A stretch of DNA of 64,000 nucleotides from Escherichia coli. GTDB lineage: Bacteria; Pseudomonadota; Gammaproteobacteria; Enterobacterales; Enterobacteriaceae. A program made the translations under genes and the position numbers. Position 1 is the first letter of the stretch. The number at the start of each line of letters is the position of its first letter. The stretch lies in the NCBI RefSeq assembly GCF_003790525.1, contig NZ_CP033635.1; one strand, 5' to 3'. The notes under the pieces were generated by a model. It saw only the letters and a program-made list of their open reading frames with translations, was not told where the DNA came from and did not search any database. Shown here in pieces: positions 46,751-57,404 of the stretch.

Positions 46751-47881
46751 ATGTTCCAGTTATCCGTACAGGACATCCATCCGGGCGAAAAGGCCGGAGA
46801 CAAAGAAGAGGCGATTCGCCAGGTCGCTGCGGCGCTGGTGCAGGCCGGTAATGTAGCTGAAGGCTACGTCAATGGCATGCTGGCGCGCGAACAGCAAACC
46901 TCTACGTTCCTCGGCAATGGTATTGCTATTCCACACGGCACTACCGACACCCGCGATCAGGTGCTGAAAACCGGCGTTCAGGTATTTCAGTTCCCGGAAG
47001 GCGTCACCTGGGGTGACGGCCAGGTAGCGTACGTGGCGATCGGTATTGCTGCCAGCTCGGATGAACATCTGGGTCTGTTACGCCAGCTGACCCACGTACT
47101 AAGCGATGATTCCGTTGCTGAACAGCTGAAGTCAGCAACGACAGCAGAAGAACTTCGCGCATTGCTGATGGGCGAAAAGCAGAGTGAGCAGCTGAAGCTC
47201 GATAACGAAATGCTGACGCTGGATATTGTCGCCAGCGATCTGCTGACGCTTCAGGCGCTTAACGCTGCGCGTCTGAAAGAAGCAGGGGCAGTTGACGCCA
47301 CCTTCGTCACTAAAGCCATCAATGAACAACCGCTGAACCTCGGACAGGGCATCTGGCTGAGCGATAGCGCTGAAGGCAATCTGCGTAGCGCGATTGCGGT
47401 AAGCCGTGCGGCAAATGCTTTTGATGTGGACGGCGAAACGGCAGCCATGCTGGTGAGTGTGGCGATGAATGACGATCAGCCCATTGCGGTTCTTAAGCGT
47501 CTCGCTGATTTGTTGCTCGATAATAAAGCTGACCGCTTGCTGAAAGCGGATGCGGCAACGTTGCTGGCGCTGCTGACCAGCGATGATGCGCCGACCGACG
47601 ACGTGTTAAGCGCGGAGTTTGTGGTGCGCAATGAACACGGCCTGCATGCTCGTCCAGGTACCATGCTGGTCAATACCATTAAACAATTTAACAGTGATAT
47701 TACCGTGACAAACCTTGATGGCACCGGCAAACCGGCAAACGGACGTAGTCTGATGAAAGTTGTGGCACTTGGCGTTAAGAAAGGTCATCGCCTACGCTTT
47801 ACCGCCCAGGGTGCAGATGCTGAACAGGCGCTGAAAGCCATTGGCGACGCTATCGCTGCTGGTCTTGGGGAGGGCGCATAA
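46751..47881 (+). CDS. fruB: Fructose PTS fused EIIA(Fru)/FPr phosphocarrier
   Basis: 376-aa ORF; N-terminal EIIA domain and C-terminal HPr-like domain (HGLHARPG). Confidence 0.95.
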
Positions 47882-48819
47882 TGAGCAGACGTGTTGCTAC
47901 GATCACCCTTAATCCGGCTTATGACCTTGTTGGTTTCTGCCCGGAAATTGAACGCGGCGAAGTGAACCTGGTGAAAACCACCGGTCTGCATGCGGCGGGT
48001 AAAGGCATCAACGTGGCCAAAGTATTAAAAGACCTGGGAATTGATGTCACCGTTGGCGGCTTCCTGGGTAAAGACAATCAGGATGGTTTTCAGCAACTGT
48101 TCAGCGAGCTGGGCATTGCCAACCGTTTCCAGGTTGTACAGGGGCGCACCCGAATTAACGTTAAGCTGACGGAAAAAGACGGCGAAGTGACCGACTTCAA
48201 CTTCTCGGGTTTTGAAGTCACCCCCGCCGACTGGGAACGCTTTGTGACTGATTCTCTGAGCTGGCTCGGTCAGTTCGATATGGTCTGTGTCAGCGGAAGC
48301 TTACCGTCAGGCGTCAGCCCGGAAGCGTTCACCGACTGGATGACTCGCCTGCGTAGTCAGTGTCCTTGCATTATCTTTGATAGTAGCCGTGAAGCGTTAG
48401 TAGCAGGTTTGAAAGCGGCACCGTGGCTGGTGAAACCTAACCGCCGCGAGCTGGAAATCTGGGCGGGCCGTAAACTGCCTGAAATGAAAGATGTGATTGA
48501 AGCTGCGCATGCGCTGCGTGAACAAGGTATCGCGCATGTCGTTATTTCACTGGGTGCCGAAGGCGCGCTTTGGGTTAATGCCTCCGGCGAATGGATCGCC
48601 AAACCACCGTCAGTCGATGTCGTAAGCACCGTTGGCGCAGGGGATTCTATGGTTGGTGGCCTGATTTATGGCTTGCTGATGCGTGAATCCAGTGAACACA
48701 CACTGCGTCTGGCGACAGCTGTTGCAGCCCTGGCGGTAAGTCAAAGCAATGTGGGTATTACCGATCGTCCGCAGTTGGCCGCAATGATGGCGCGCGTCGA
48801 CTTACAACCTTTTAACTGA
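47881..48819 (+). CDS. fruK: 1-phosphofructokinase
   Basis: 312-aa PfkB-family ORF (GAGDSMVGG); start overlaps the fruB stop. Confidence 0.95.
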   Translation: MSRRVATITLNPAYDLVGFCPEIERGEVNLVKTTGLHAAGKGINVAKVLKDLGIDVTVGGFLGKDNQDGFQQLFSELGIANRFQVVQGRTRINVKLTEKDGEVTDFNFSGFEVTPADWERFVTDSLSWLGQFDMVCVSGSLPSGVSPEAFTDWMTRLRSQCPCIIFDSSREALVAGLKAAPWLVKPNRRELEIWAGRKLPEMKDVIEAAHALREQGIAHVVISLGAEGALWVNASGEWIAKPPSVDVVSTVGAGDSMVGGLIYGLLMRESSEHTLRLATAVAALAVSQSNVGITDRPQLAAMMARVDLQPFN

Positions 48820-48835
48820 CAGCAGGAGAGGCATA

Positions 48836-50527
48836 ATGAAAACGCTGCTGATTATTGACGCTAATCTCGGTCAGGCACGCGCCTATATGGCGAAGACCCT
48901 GCTGGGCGCGGCGGCGCGAAAAGCAAAACTGGAAATCATCGACAATCCGAACGACGCAGAAATGGCGATTGTTCTCGGTGATTCCATCCCGAATGACAGC
49001 GCGCTGAACGGTAAAAATGTCTGGCTGGGCGATATTTCCCGGGCAGTTGCGCACCCTGAGCTGTTCCTGAGTGAAGCCAAAGGCCATGCGAAACCTTACA
49101 CTGCGCCGGTCGCTGCGACAGCACCGGTTGCCGCCAGCGGTCCGAAACGCGTAGTTGCGGTGACTGCTTGCCCGACTGGCGTAGCACACACCTTTATGGC
49201 GGCTGAAGCCATTGAAACCGAAGCGAAAAAACGTGGCTGGTGGGTGAAAGTTGAAACCCGTGGTTCTGTTGGCGCGGGTAATGCAATCACCCCTGAAGAA
49301 GTCGCAGCAGCGGATCTGGTGATTGTGGCGGCAGATATCGAAGTGGATCTGGCGAAATTTGCTGGTAAACCGATGTATCGCACCTCTACCGGTCTGGCGC
49401 TGAAGAAAACTGCGCAGGAACTGGATAAAGCGGTTGCTGAAGCAACGCCGTATGAACCAGCGGGCAAAGCTCAAACAGCGACCACTGAAGGTAAGAAAGA
49501 GAGTGCAGGCGCTTACCGTCACTTGCTGACGGGCGTCTCTTACATGCTGCCGATGGTCGTTGCAGGTGGTCTGTGTATCGCGCTTTCTTTTGCTTTTGGT
49601 ATCGAAGCGTTTAAAGAGCCGGGTACGTTGGCTGCGGCGCTGATGCAGATTGGTGGTGGTTCAGCCTTTGCGTTGATGGTGCCGGTACTGGCAGGTTATA
49701 TTGCCTTTTCCATTGCCGATCGTCCGGGTCTCACGCCGGGTCTGATTGGCGGTATGCTGGCGGTCAGCACCGGTTCTGGCTTCATTGGCGGTATTATTGC
49801 GGGCTTCCTGGCTGGTTACATTGCGAAGTTAATCAGTACGCAATTGAAACTGCCACAGAGTATGGAGGCGCTGAAACCGATTCTGATCATTCCGCTAATT
49901 TCCAGTCTGGTGGTCGGTCTGGCGATGATCTACCTGATCGGTAAACCGGTTGCTGGCATTCTCGAAGGGTTGACTCACTGGCTGCAGACCATGGGGACTG
50001 CGAATGCGGTTCTGCTGGGGGCGATCCTCGGTGGCATGATGTGTACTGACATGGGCGGTCCGGTAAACAAAGCAGCGTACGCATTCGGTGTGGGTCTGCT
50101 GAGTACTCAAACCTATGGCCCGATGGCGGCGATTATGGCGGCAGGTATGGTGCCACCGCTGGCAATGGGCCTGGCAACAATGGTGGCGCGTCGCAAATTC
50201 GACAAGGCGCAGCAGGAAGGGGGCAAAGCTGCTCTGGTACTGGGACTGTGCTTTATTTCGGAAGGTGCAATTCCGTTTGCTGCCCGTGATCCGATGCGTG
50301 TGCTGCCGTGCTGTATCGTGGGTGGGGCGCTGACTGGCGCAATCTCAATGGCGATTGGTGCGAAACTGATGGCACCGCACGGTGGTCTGTTTGTTCTGCT
50401 GATCCCTGGCGCGATTACGCCGGTATTGGGTTACCTGGTAGCCATTATTGCCGGTACGCTGGTGGCGGGGTTGGCCTATGCCTTCCTGAAACGTCCGGAA
50501 GTGGACGCAGTAGCGAAAGCAGCGTAA
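48836..50527 (+). CDS. fruA: Fructose PTS EIIB'BC component
   Basis: 563-aa ORF; two EIIB-like domains followed by a polytopic EIIC domain. Confidence 0.95.
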   Translation: MKTLLIIDANLGQARAYMAKTLLGAAARKAKLEIIDNPNDAEMAIVLGDSIPNDSALNGKNVWLGDISRAVAHPELFLSEAKGHAKPYTAPVAATAPVAASGPKRVVAVTACPTGVAHTFMAAEAIETEAKKRGWWVKVETRGSVGAGNAITPEEVAAADLVIVAADIEVDLAKFAGKPMYRTSTGLALKKTAQELDKAVAEATPYEPAGKAQTATTEGKKESAGAYRHLLTGVSYMLPMVVAGGLCIALSFAFGIEAFKEPGTLAAALMQIGGGSAFALMVPVLAGYIAFSIADRPGLTPGLIGGMLAVSTGSGFIGGIIAGFLAGYIAKLISTQLKLPQSMEALKPILIIPLISSLVVGLAMIYLIGKPVAGILEGLTHWLQTMGTANAVLLGAILGGMMCTDMGGPVNKAAYAFGVGLLSTQTYGPMAAIMAAGMVPPLAMGLATMVARRKFDKAQQEGGKAALVLGLCFISEGAIPFAARDPMRVLPCCIVGGALTGAISMAIGAKLMAPHGGLFVLLIPGAITPVLGYLVAIIAGTLVAGLAYAFLKRPEVDAVAKAA

Positions 50528-50537
50528 TAAAAGGTGT

Positions 50538-50710
50538 GTTACAGGGCAGAAATTTCCTGCCCTGTAACATTTGATGAGCGCAAAGGGAATGACCGGTTTG
50601 TGAATGTAATTTTATGAATTTAAATGGTTTTATCTTTTAGTGGAAACCTGAAACTTTCATCAAACACTAAGGTTATTTCCTCAAGGGCAGATTAATTTCT
50701 GCCCTTTTTT
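50538..50710 (+). terminator. fruA 3' region: perfect 11-bp stem hairpin (about 50538..50568) and a canonical Rho-independent terminator (about 50683..50710)
   Basis: gttacagggcag-aaatttc-ctgccctgtaac, then agggcag-attaattt-ctgccct followed by TTTTTT. Confidence 0.6.
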
Positions 50711-50950
50711 AGTGTTCCTGTTCTGTGCATCCCGTCACAAATTCCCCGTTTTTATAATTCAGGCATTTAATCGCGTTTTGTGAGCCTGCTCAAATCTGCC
50801 CATTTTGCCTCTCTGGCGGTAATTTACTTTACGTAAAACATGCATACTATGAGCACATGTTTAAATATGAACACATGTTTAAACCGTCTTTGCAGTATCA
50901 ATATTCTTGTGGATTGACAGGGTTGGTAATTTTTTACCAGAGGACGTGCT

Positions 50951-51892
50951 ATGCGCGAAAAGGATTATGTCGTAATTATAGGTTCGGCGAATATTGATGT
51001 CGCCGGATATTCACATGAATCATTAAATTATGCGGATTCAAATCCAGGTAAAATAAAATTTACGCCTGGTGGGGTAGGGCGCAATATTGCACAAAACCTG
51101 GCGTTGCTGGGTAATAAAGCCTGGCTACTGAGCGCCGTAGGCAGTGATTTTTATGGCCAATCGCTGCTAACGCAAACCAATCAATCTGGCGTTTATGTCG
51201 ATAAATGCCTGATTGTGCCGGGAGAAAATACGTCGAGCTATTTATCATTACTCGATAATACCGGTGAAATGCTGGTTGCTATAAATGACATGAATATTAG
51301 CAACGCTATTACAGCTGAATATCTCGCACAGCACCGTGAATTTATTCAGAGGGCAAAGGTCATTGTCGCGGACTGTAATATCAGTGAAGAGGCACTGGCA
51401 TGGATTCTGGATAATGCCGCCAACGTACCCGTATTTGTCGATCCGGTTTCAGCGTGGAAATGTGTCAAAGTGCGCGACCGTCTAAATCAAATCCACACTC
51501 TCAAGCCAAACCGCCTTGAAGCGGAAACCCTGAGTGGGATTGCGCTGTCAGGGCGTGAAGATGTGGCAAAGGTTGCCGCCTGGTTCCATCAACATGGCCT
51601 GAACCGACTGGTATTGAGCATGGGCGGCGACGGCGTTTATTACAGTGATATCAGCGGTGAAAGTGGTTGGTCTGCGCCGATCAAAACCAATGTCATTAAT
51701 GTTACCGGAGCGGGCGATGCCATGATGGCGGGACTTGCTTCGTGTTGGGTAGACGGAATGCCGTTTGCCGAATCTGTTCGTTTCGCACAGGGATGTTCGT
51801 CAATGGCGCTCTCCTGTGAATACACCAATAACCCCGATTTATCGATTGCCAACGTTATATCGTTAGTGGAGAACGTAGAATGTCTGAATTAA
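50951..51892 (+). CDS. psuK: Pseudouridine kinase (PfkB family)
   Basis: 313-aa ORF; PfkB signatures PGGVGRNIAQNLALLG and GAGDAMMAG. Confidence 0.9.
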   Translation: MREKDYVVIIGSANIDVAGYSHESLNYADSNPGKIKFTPGGVGRNIAQNLALLGNKAWLLSAVGSDFYGQSLLTQTNQSGVYVDKCLIVPGENTSSYLSLLDNTGEMLVAINDMNISNAITAEYLAQHREFIQRAKVIVADCNISEEALAWILDNAANVPVFVDPVSAWKCVKVRDRLNQIHTLKPNRLEAETLSGIALSGREDVAKVAAWFHQHGLNRLVLSMGGDGVYYSDISGESGWSAPIKTNVINVTGAGDAMMAGLASCWVDGMPFAESVRFAQGCSSMALSCEYTNNPDLSIANVISLVENVECLN

Positions 51893-52818
51893 AAATTTCC
51901 CCTGAATTATTACAAATCTCCCCGGAAGTGCAGGACGCTTTAAAAAACAAAAAACCGGTTGTGGCGCTGGAATCGACTATTATTTCTCACGGGATGCCGT
52001 TCCCACAAAATGCCCAGACCGCAATTGAAGTTGAAGAAACTATTCGTAAACAGGGCGCTGTACCTGCCACTATCGCCATTATTGGCGGCGTGATGAAAGT
52101 GGGTTTAAGCAAAGAAGAAATTGAATTGCTGGGTCGCGAAGGGCATAACGTGACCAAAGTTAGTCGTCGCGATTTACCTTTTGTCGTTGCCGCCGGAAAA
52201 AATGGCGCAACCACTGTGGCTTCAACGATGATTATTGCGGCGCTTGCCGGAATTAAAGTATTTGCCACCGGGGGAATTGGTGGTGTGCATCGCGGGGCGG
52301 AACATACCTTCGATATTTCTGCCGATTTGCAAGAACTGGCAAATACTAATGTCACCGTTGTTTGTGCCGGTGCAAAATCTATTCTCGATTTAGGATTAAC
52401 AACAGAATATTTAGAAACCTTCGGTGTGCCGTTAATTGGCTATCAGACAAAAGCGCTGCCTGCGTTTTTCTGCCGTACCAGCCCATTTGAAGTTAGTATT
52501 CGCCTTGATAGTGCCACGGAAATCGCTCGTGCAATGGCGGTGAAATGGCAAAGCGGTCTGAACGGTGGCCTGGTGGTGGCAAATCCGATCCCGGAACAGT
52601 TTGCGATGCCGGAGGAATCTATCAATGCAGCCATAGATCAAGCCGTCGCCGAAGCCGAAGAGCAGGGCGTTATTGGTAAAGAAAGCACACCGTTCCTGCT
52701 GGCTCGTGTTGCTGAACTGACTGGCGGTGACAGCCTGAAATCCAACATCCAACTGGTGTTCAACAACGCCATTCTGGCGAGCGAAATTGCCAAAGAATAC
52801 CAGCGTCTCGCGGGTTAA
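51880..52818 (+). CDS. psuG: Pseudouridine-5'-phosphate glycosidase
   Basis: 312-aa ORF overlapping the psuK end. Confidence 0.9.
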   Translation: MSELKISPELLQISPEVQDALKNKKPVVALESTIISHGMPFPQNAQTAIEVEETIRKQGAVPATIAIIGGVMKVGLSKEEIELLGREGHNVTKVSRRDLPFVVAAGKNGATTVASTMIIAALAGIKVFATGGIGGVHRGAEHTFDISADLQELANTNVTVVCAGAKSILDLGLTTEYLETFGVPLIGYQTKALPAFFCRTSPFEVSIRLDSATEIARAMAVKWQSGLNGGLVVANPIPEQFAMPEESINAAIDQAVAEAEEQGVIGKESTPFLLARVAELTGGDSLKSNIQLVFNNAILASEIAKEYQRLAG

Positions 52819-52911
52819 TTTCTGACGGGCAGAAAGCCGTCGCCCGTACTGATCATACATACCAAAACCTGGCGCTGACGCCGGGTTTACTGGCATGAAG
52901 GGAAAATCATT

Positions 52912-54162
52912 ATGGATATAATGAGAAGTGTTGTGGGGATGGTGGTGTTACTGGCAATAGCATTTTTGTTGTCAGTGAATAAAAAGAGCATCAGTTTGCG
53001 CACGGTTGGAGCCGCGTTGCTGCTACAAATCGCCATTGGCGGAATCATGCTCTATTTTCCACCAGGAAAATGGGCGGTAGAACAGGCGGCATTAGGCGTT
53101 CATAAAGTGATGTCTTACAGTGATGCCGGTAGCGCCTTCATTTTTGGTTCGCTGGTTGGGCCGAAAATGGATGTCCTCTTTGACGGTGCGGGTTTTATCT
53201 TCGCCTTTCGCGTACTCCCGGCGATTATCTTCGTCACTGCGCTCATTAGTCTGCTGTACTACATTGGCGTGATGGGGCTGCTGATTCGCATCCTTGGCAG
53301 CATTTTCCAGAAAGCCCTCAACATCAGCAAAATCGAATCTTTTGTTGCGGTTACCACTATTTTCCTCGGGCAAAATGAGATCCCGGCGATCGTTAAACCG
53401 TTTATCGATCGCATGAATCGCAACGAGTTGTTTACCGCAATTTGTAGCGGGATGGCGTCCATTGCGGGTTCGATGATGATTGGTTATGCCGGAATGGGCG
53501 TACCAATTGACTACCTGTTAGCGGCATCGCTGATGGCGATCCCTGGCGGGATTTTGTTTGCACGTATTCTTAGCCCGGCAACCGAGCCTTCGCAGGTCAC
53601 ATTTGAAAATTTATCGTTCAGCGAAACGCCGCCAAAAAGCTTTATCGAAGCGGCGGCGAGCGGTGCGATGACCGGGCTGAAAATCGCCGCTGGTGTGGCG
53701 ACGGTGGTAATGGTATTTGTGGCAATTATTGCGCTGATCAACGGCATTATCGGCGGAATTGGCGGCTGGTTTGGCTTCGCCAATGCTTCTCTGGAAAGTA
53801 TTTTTGGCTATGTGCTGGCACCGCTGGCGTGGATCATGGGTGTGGACTGGAGTGATGCCAACCTTGCGGGTAGCCTGATTGGGCAGAAACTGGCAATTAA
53901 CGAATTCGTCGCTTACCTGAGTTTCTCCCCATACCTGCAAACGGGCGGCACGCTGGAAGTGAAAACCATTGCGATTATCTCCTTTGCGCTTTGTGGTTTT
54001 GCTAACTTTGGTTCTATCGGTGTTGTCGTTGGGGCATTTTCGGCTATTTCGCCAAAACGCGCACCGGAAATCGCTCAGCTTGGTTTACGGGCGCTGGCAG
54101 CAGCAACGCTTTCCAACCTGATGAGCGCGACCATTGCCGGGTTCTTTATTGGTTTAGCTTGA
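52912..54162 (+). CDS. psuT: NupC-family nucleoside permease (putative pseudouridine transporter)
   Basis: 416-aa polytopic ORF; near-identical paralog of the ORF at 56099..57349. Confidence 0.9.
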   Translation: MDIMRSVVGMVVLLAIAFLLSVNKKSISLRTVGAALLLQIAIGGIMLYFPPGKWAVEQAALGVHKVMSYSDAGSAFIFGSLVGPKMDVLFDGAGFIFAFRVLPAIIFVTALISLLYYIGVMGLLIRILGSIFQKALNISKIESFVAVTTIFLGQNEIPAIVKPFIDRMNRNELFTAICSGMASIAGSMMIGYAGMGVPIDYLLAASLMAIPGGILFARILSPATEPSQVTFENLSFSETPPKSFIEAAASGAMTGLKIAAGVATVVMVFVAIIALINGIIGGIGGWFGFANASLESIFGYVLAPLAWIMGVDWSDANLAGSLIGQKLAINEFVAYLSFSPYLQTGGTLEVKTIAIISFALCGFANFGSIGVVVGAFSAISPKRAPEIAQLGLRALAAATLSNLMSATIAGFFIGLA

Positions 54163-54229
54163 GTTTCATTGCCGGATGTACGCCTTATTAAGCGTTGCAT
54201 CCGGCAATCGCGCTATTGCAGATTATTTT

Positions 54230-54889
54230 TTACTGCATCATCCCGGAGAATTTATTCTCCGGGTCCATCTCCAGCGCCAGTCCTGACAACTGCTTTCTGT
54301 TTTTAATTAGATATCCTTTCTTGCTTTTAATTAATAAACCGTCGTGAATGAATTGCGCGAGAACATATAAAAGATGTCGATAAGAAACGCCTAAATACTC
54401 TGCCGCTTGCGTATGCTTTTCGTGATAAAGATCACCTTCTTGTGAGAGTAATATAAATGCTGCCAGGCGATTCACTAACGGAAATGATTGATTCTGAGTT
54501 AAAGAAACAATATTGCGATAATTTTTATGGCTTAAACTAACGCAGAGTTTTCGTAAAAATAGCGTGTCGTTTAATAACAGCGGACGGTAATGTTTCATGG
54601 GGAGTGCAAGGCACCAACACTCTTCAATCGCCTGCACCGCACGTGGTTCATGGTCTTTATCGATTAACTCAATCTCACCAATAAAACAGGGGGCGGCAAA
54701 GAAATCGATCAGCGACACGCGACCATTAGCAAGCGTGGCGTAAAGCCTGGCGCGGCCTCGCGTCAGGTAAAACAGCCATGACGGCTGTTGCCCTTCCTGC
54801 ACAATGTAGTCACGTGCTAAAAAATGAAACAGCCGTGCATCGGCTGAAACATCCGTTGAAAAGCAATCCTTAAACGCGGATTCACTCAT
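54230..54889 (-). CDS. yeiL: Crp/Fnr-family transcriptional regulator YeiL
   Basis: ORF 54230..54928; cNMP-binding-like domain plus C-terminal HTH; start trimmed to MSESAFKD (219 aa), uncertain. Confidence 0.88.
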   Translation of the reverse strand: MSESAFKDCFSTDVSADARLFHFLARDYIVQEGQQPSWLFYLTRGRARLYATLANGRVSLIDFFAAPCFIGEIELIDKDHEPRAVQAIEECWCLALPMKHYRPLLLNDTLFLRKLCVSLSHKNYRNIVSLTQNQSFPLVNRLAAFILLSQEGDLYHEKHTQAAEYLGVSYRHLLYVLAQFIHDGLLIKSKKGYLIKNRKQLSGLALEMDPENKFSGMMQ

Positions 54890-55057
54890 CAATTGCTGCT
54901 TAAGATCATTATTGTGGATTTCTTTCACGATATTTATCCGCTATGAGATTTCTCATATTTAGCATACGTACGCTGTTGTTAAGATTCAATCATCGGCCCG
55001 GTCGAATTTTCTTTGCTGTAGAAAAAATAACGCAACTGGAAACAGAGGAAATAAACA

Positions 55058-55999
55058 ATGGAAAAGAGAAAAATTATTCTGGATTGTGATCCGGGTCATG
55101 ATGATGCTATTGCAATGATGATGGCAGCGAAACATCCGGCGATTGATTTATTAGGTATCACCATTGTAGCGGGTAATCAGACGCTTGATAAAACATTAAT
55201 TAATGGCCTGAATGTTTGCCAGAAACTGGAGATTAATGTTCCGGTTTATGCGGGGATGCCACAACCCATTATGCGGCAACAAATCGTTGCCGATAATATT
55301 CACGGTGAAACCGGACTGGATGGCCCGGTATTCGAGCCGCTGACCCGCCAGGCAGAAAGCACTCATGCGGTGAAATATATCATCGATACCCTGATGGCAA
55401 GCGATGGCGATATCACTCTGGTGCCGGTTGGTCCGCTTTCAAATATCGCGGTGGCAATGCGTATGCAGCCCGCGATCCTGCCAAAAATCCGTGAAATTGT
55501 ACTGATGGGCGGCGCTTATGGTACTGGCAACTTCACGCCATCTGCCGAGTTCAACATCTTTGCGGACCCGGAAGCGGCGCGAGTGGTGTTCACCTCCGGC
55601 GTTCCATTAGTGATGATGGGCCTCGATCTCACCAACCAGACCGTTTGCACCCCGGACGTGATTGCTAGGATGGAAAGGGCAGGCGGCCCCGCCGGAGAGC
55701 TGTTCAGCGACATCATGAACTTCACTCTGAAAACGCAGTTCGAAAACTACGGTCTGGCTGGCGGCCCGGTACATGACGCCACCTGTATCGGTTATCTGAT
55801 TAACCCCGATGGCATTAAAACCCAGGAGATGTACGTCGAAGTGGATGTTAACAGTGGCCCTTGCTATGGGCGTACCGTCTGCGACGAGCTGGGCGTTCTT
55901 GGCAAGCCCGCCAATACCAAAGTCGGCATCACTATTGATACCGACTGGTTCTGGGGATTAGTCGAAGAGTGCGTGCGCGGCTACATCAAAACCCATTAA
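55058..55999 (+). CDS. rihB: Pyrimidine-specific ribonucleoside hydrolase RihB
   Basis: 313-aa ORF; nucleoside-hydrolase N-terminal Asp cluster DCDPGHDDA. Confidence 0.92.
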   Translation: MEKRKIILDCDPGHDDAIAMMMAAKHPAIDLLGITIVAGNQTLDKTLINGLNVCQKLEINVPVYAGMPQPIMRQQIVADNIHGETGLDGPVFEPLTRQAESTHAVKYIIDTLMASDGDITLVPVGPLSNIAVAMRMQPAILPKIREIVLMGGAYGTGNFTPSAEFNIFADPEAARVVFTSGVPLVMMGLDLTNQTVCTPDVIARMERAGGPAGELFSDIMNFTLKTQFENYGLAGGPVHDATCIGYLINPDGIKTQEMYVEVDVNSGPCYGRTVCDELGVLGKPANTKVGITIDTDWFWGLVEECVRGYIKTH

Positions 56000-56098
56000 G
56001 TGTTGATAACAAGCCGGGACAGTATCGCAAGATGCAGGCCCGGCGATTTCTGATGGGCAGAAAGCCGTCGCCCAAAATGACATGAAGAGATAATAACT

Positions 56099-57349
56099 AT
56101 GGATGTCATGAGAAGTGTTCTGGGAATGGTGGTATTGCTGGCAATTGCATTTTTGCTGTCAGTAAACAAGAAGAGGATCAGCCTGCGTACCGTTGGCGCG
56201 GCGTTAGTGTTACAGGTCGTGATTGGCGGCATTATGCTTTGGTTACCGCCAGGGCGTTGGGTCGCTGAAAAAGTCGCTTTTGGCGTCCATAAAGTGATGG
56301 CGTACAGCGACGCGGGTAGCGCATTTATCTTCGGTTCGCTGGTCGGGCCGAAAATGGACACGCTGTTTGATGGTGCAGGATTTATCTTTGGTTTCAGAGT
56401 ATTACCGGCAATTATCTTCGTCACCGCGCTGGTGAGTATTCTCTACTACATCGGTGTGATGGGGATCTTAATTCGCATTCTCGGCGGTATCTTCCAGAAA
56501 GCATTAAATATCAGCAAGATCGAGTCATTCGTCGCGGTCACTACCATTTTCCTCGGGCAAAACGAAATTCCGGCAATCGTCAAACCCTTTATCGATCGGC
56601 TGAATCGCAATGAATTATTTACAGCGATTTGTAGTGGCATGGCCTCGATTGCTGGTTCGACAATGATTGGTTACGCCGCACTGGGCGTACCTGTGGAATA
56701 TTTGCTGGCGGCATCGTTAATGGCGATCCCAGGCGGGATCTTGTTTGCCCGCCTGTTAAGCCCGGCTACGGAATCTTCGCAGGTTTCTTTTAATAACCTC
56801 TCTTTCACCGAAACACCGCCAAAAAGTATTATTGAGGCCGCTGCGACAGGGGCAATGACCGGGCTGAAAATCGCTGCGGGTGTGGCAACAGTGGTGATGG
56901 CATTTGTTGCCATCATTGCGTTAATTAACGGTATTATCGGCGGCGTTGGCGGCTGGTTTGGTTTTGAGCAAGCCTCGCTGGAGTCCATTTTAGGTTATCT
57001 GCTGGCCCCGCTGGCGTGGGTGATGGGGGTTGACTGGAGTGATGCAAATCTTGCCGGGAGTTTGATTGGGCAGAAGTTGGCGATCAATGAATTTGTCGCT
57101 TACCTCAATTTCTCACCTTATCTGCAAACAGCTGGCACGCTCGATGCTAAAACCGTGGCGATTATTTCCTTCGCGTTGTGCGGTTTCGCTAACTTTGGTT
57201 CTATCGGGGTAGTGGTTGGGGCATTTTCTGCGGTTGCGCCACACCGCGCGCCGGAAATCGCCCAGCTTGGTTTACGCGCGCTGGCGGCGGCGACACTTTC
57301 TAACCTGATGAGTGCCACCATTGCAGGATTCTTTATTGGCTTAGCGTAG
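56099..57349 (+). CDS. nupX: NupC-family nucleoside permease NupX
   Basis: 416-aa polytopic ORF, paralog of psuT. Confidence 0.92.
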   Translation: MDVMRSVLGMVVLLAIAFLLSVNKKRISLRTVGAALVLQVVIGGIMLWLPPGRWVAEKVAFGVHKVMAYSDAGSAFIFGSLVGPKMDTLFDGAGFIFGFRVLPAIIFVTALVSILYYIGVMGILIRILGGIFQKALNISKIESFVAVTTIFLGQNEIPAIVKPFIDRLNRNELFTAICSGMASIAGSTMIGYAALGVPVEYLLAASLMAIPGGILFARLLSPATESSQVSFNNLSFTETPPKSIIEAAATGAMTGLKIAAGVATVVMAFVAIIALINGIIGGVGGWFGFEQASLESILGYLLAPLAWVMGVDWSDANLAGSLIGQKLAINEFVAYLNFSPYLQTAGTLDAKTVAIISFALCGFANFGSIGVVVGAFSAVAPHRAPEIAQLGLRALAAATLSNLMSATIAGFFIGLA

Positions 57350-57404
57350 TGCGCGAGTTATGAGCCGGATAAGACGCGGTCAAGCGTCGAATCCGGCAAG
57401 ATTG

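Noticed and set aside
48812-49522. 236-aa minus-strand ORF
   Set aside because: Antisense to the 5' part of fruA; Cys/Arg-rich low-complexity translation typical of a spurious frame.
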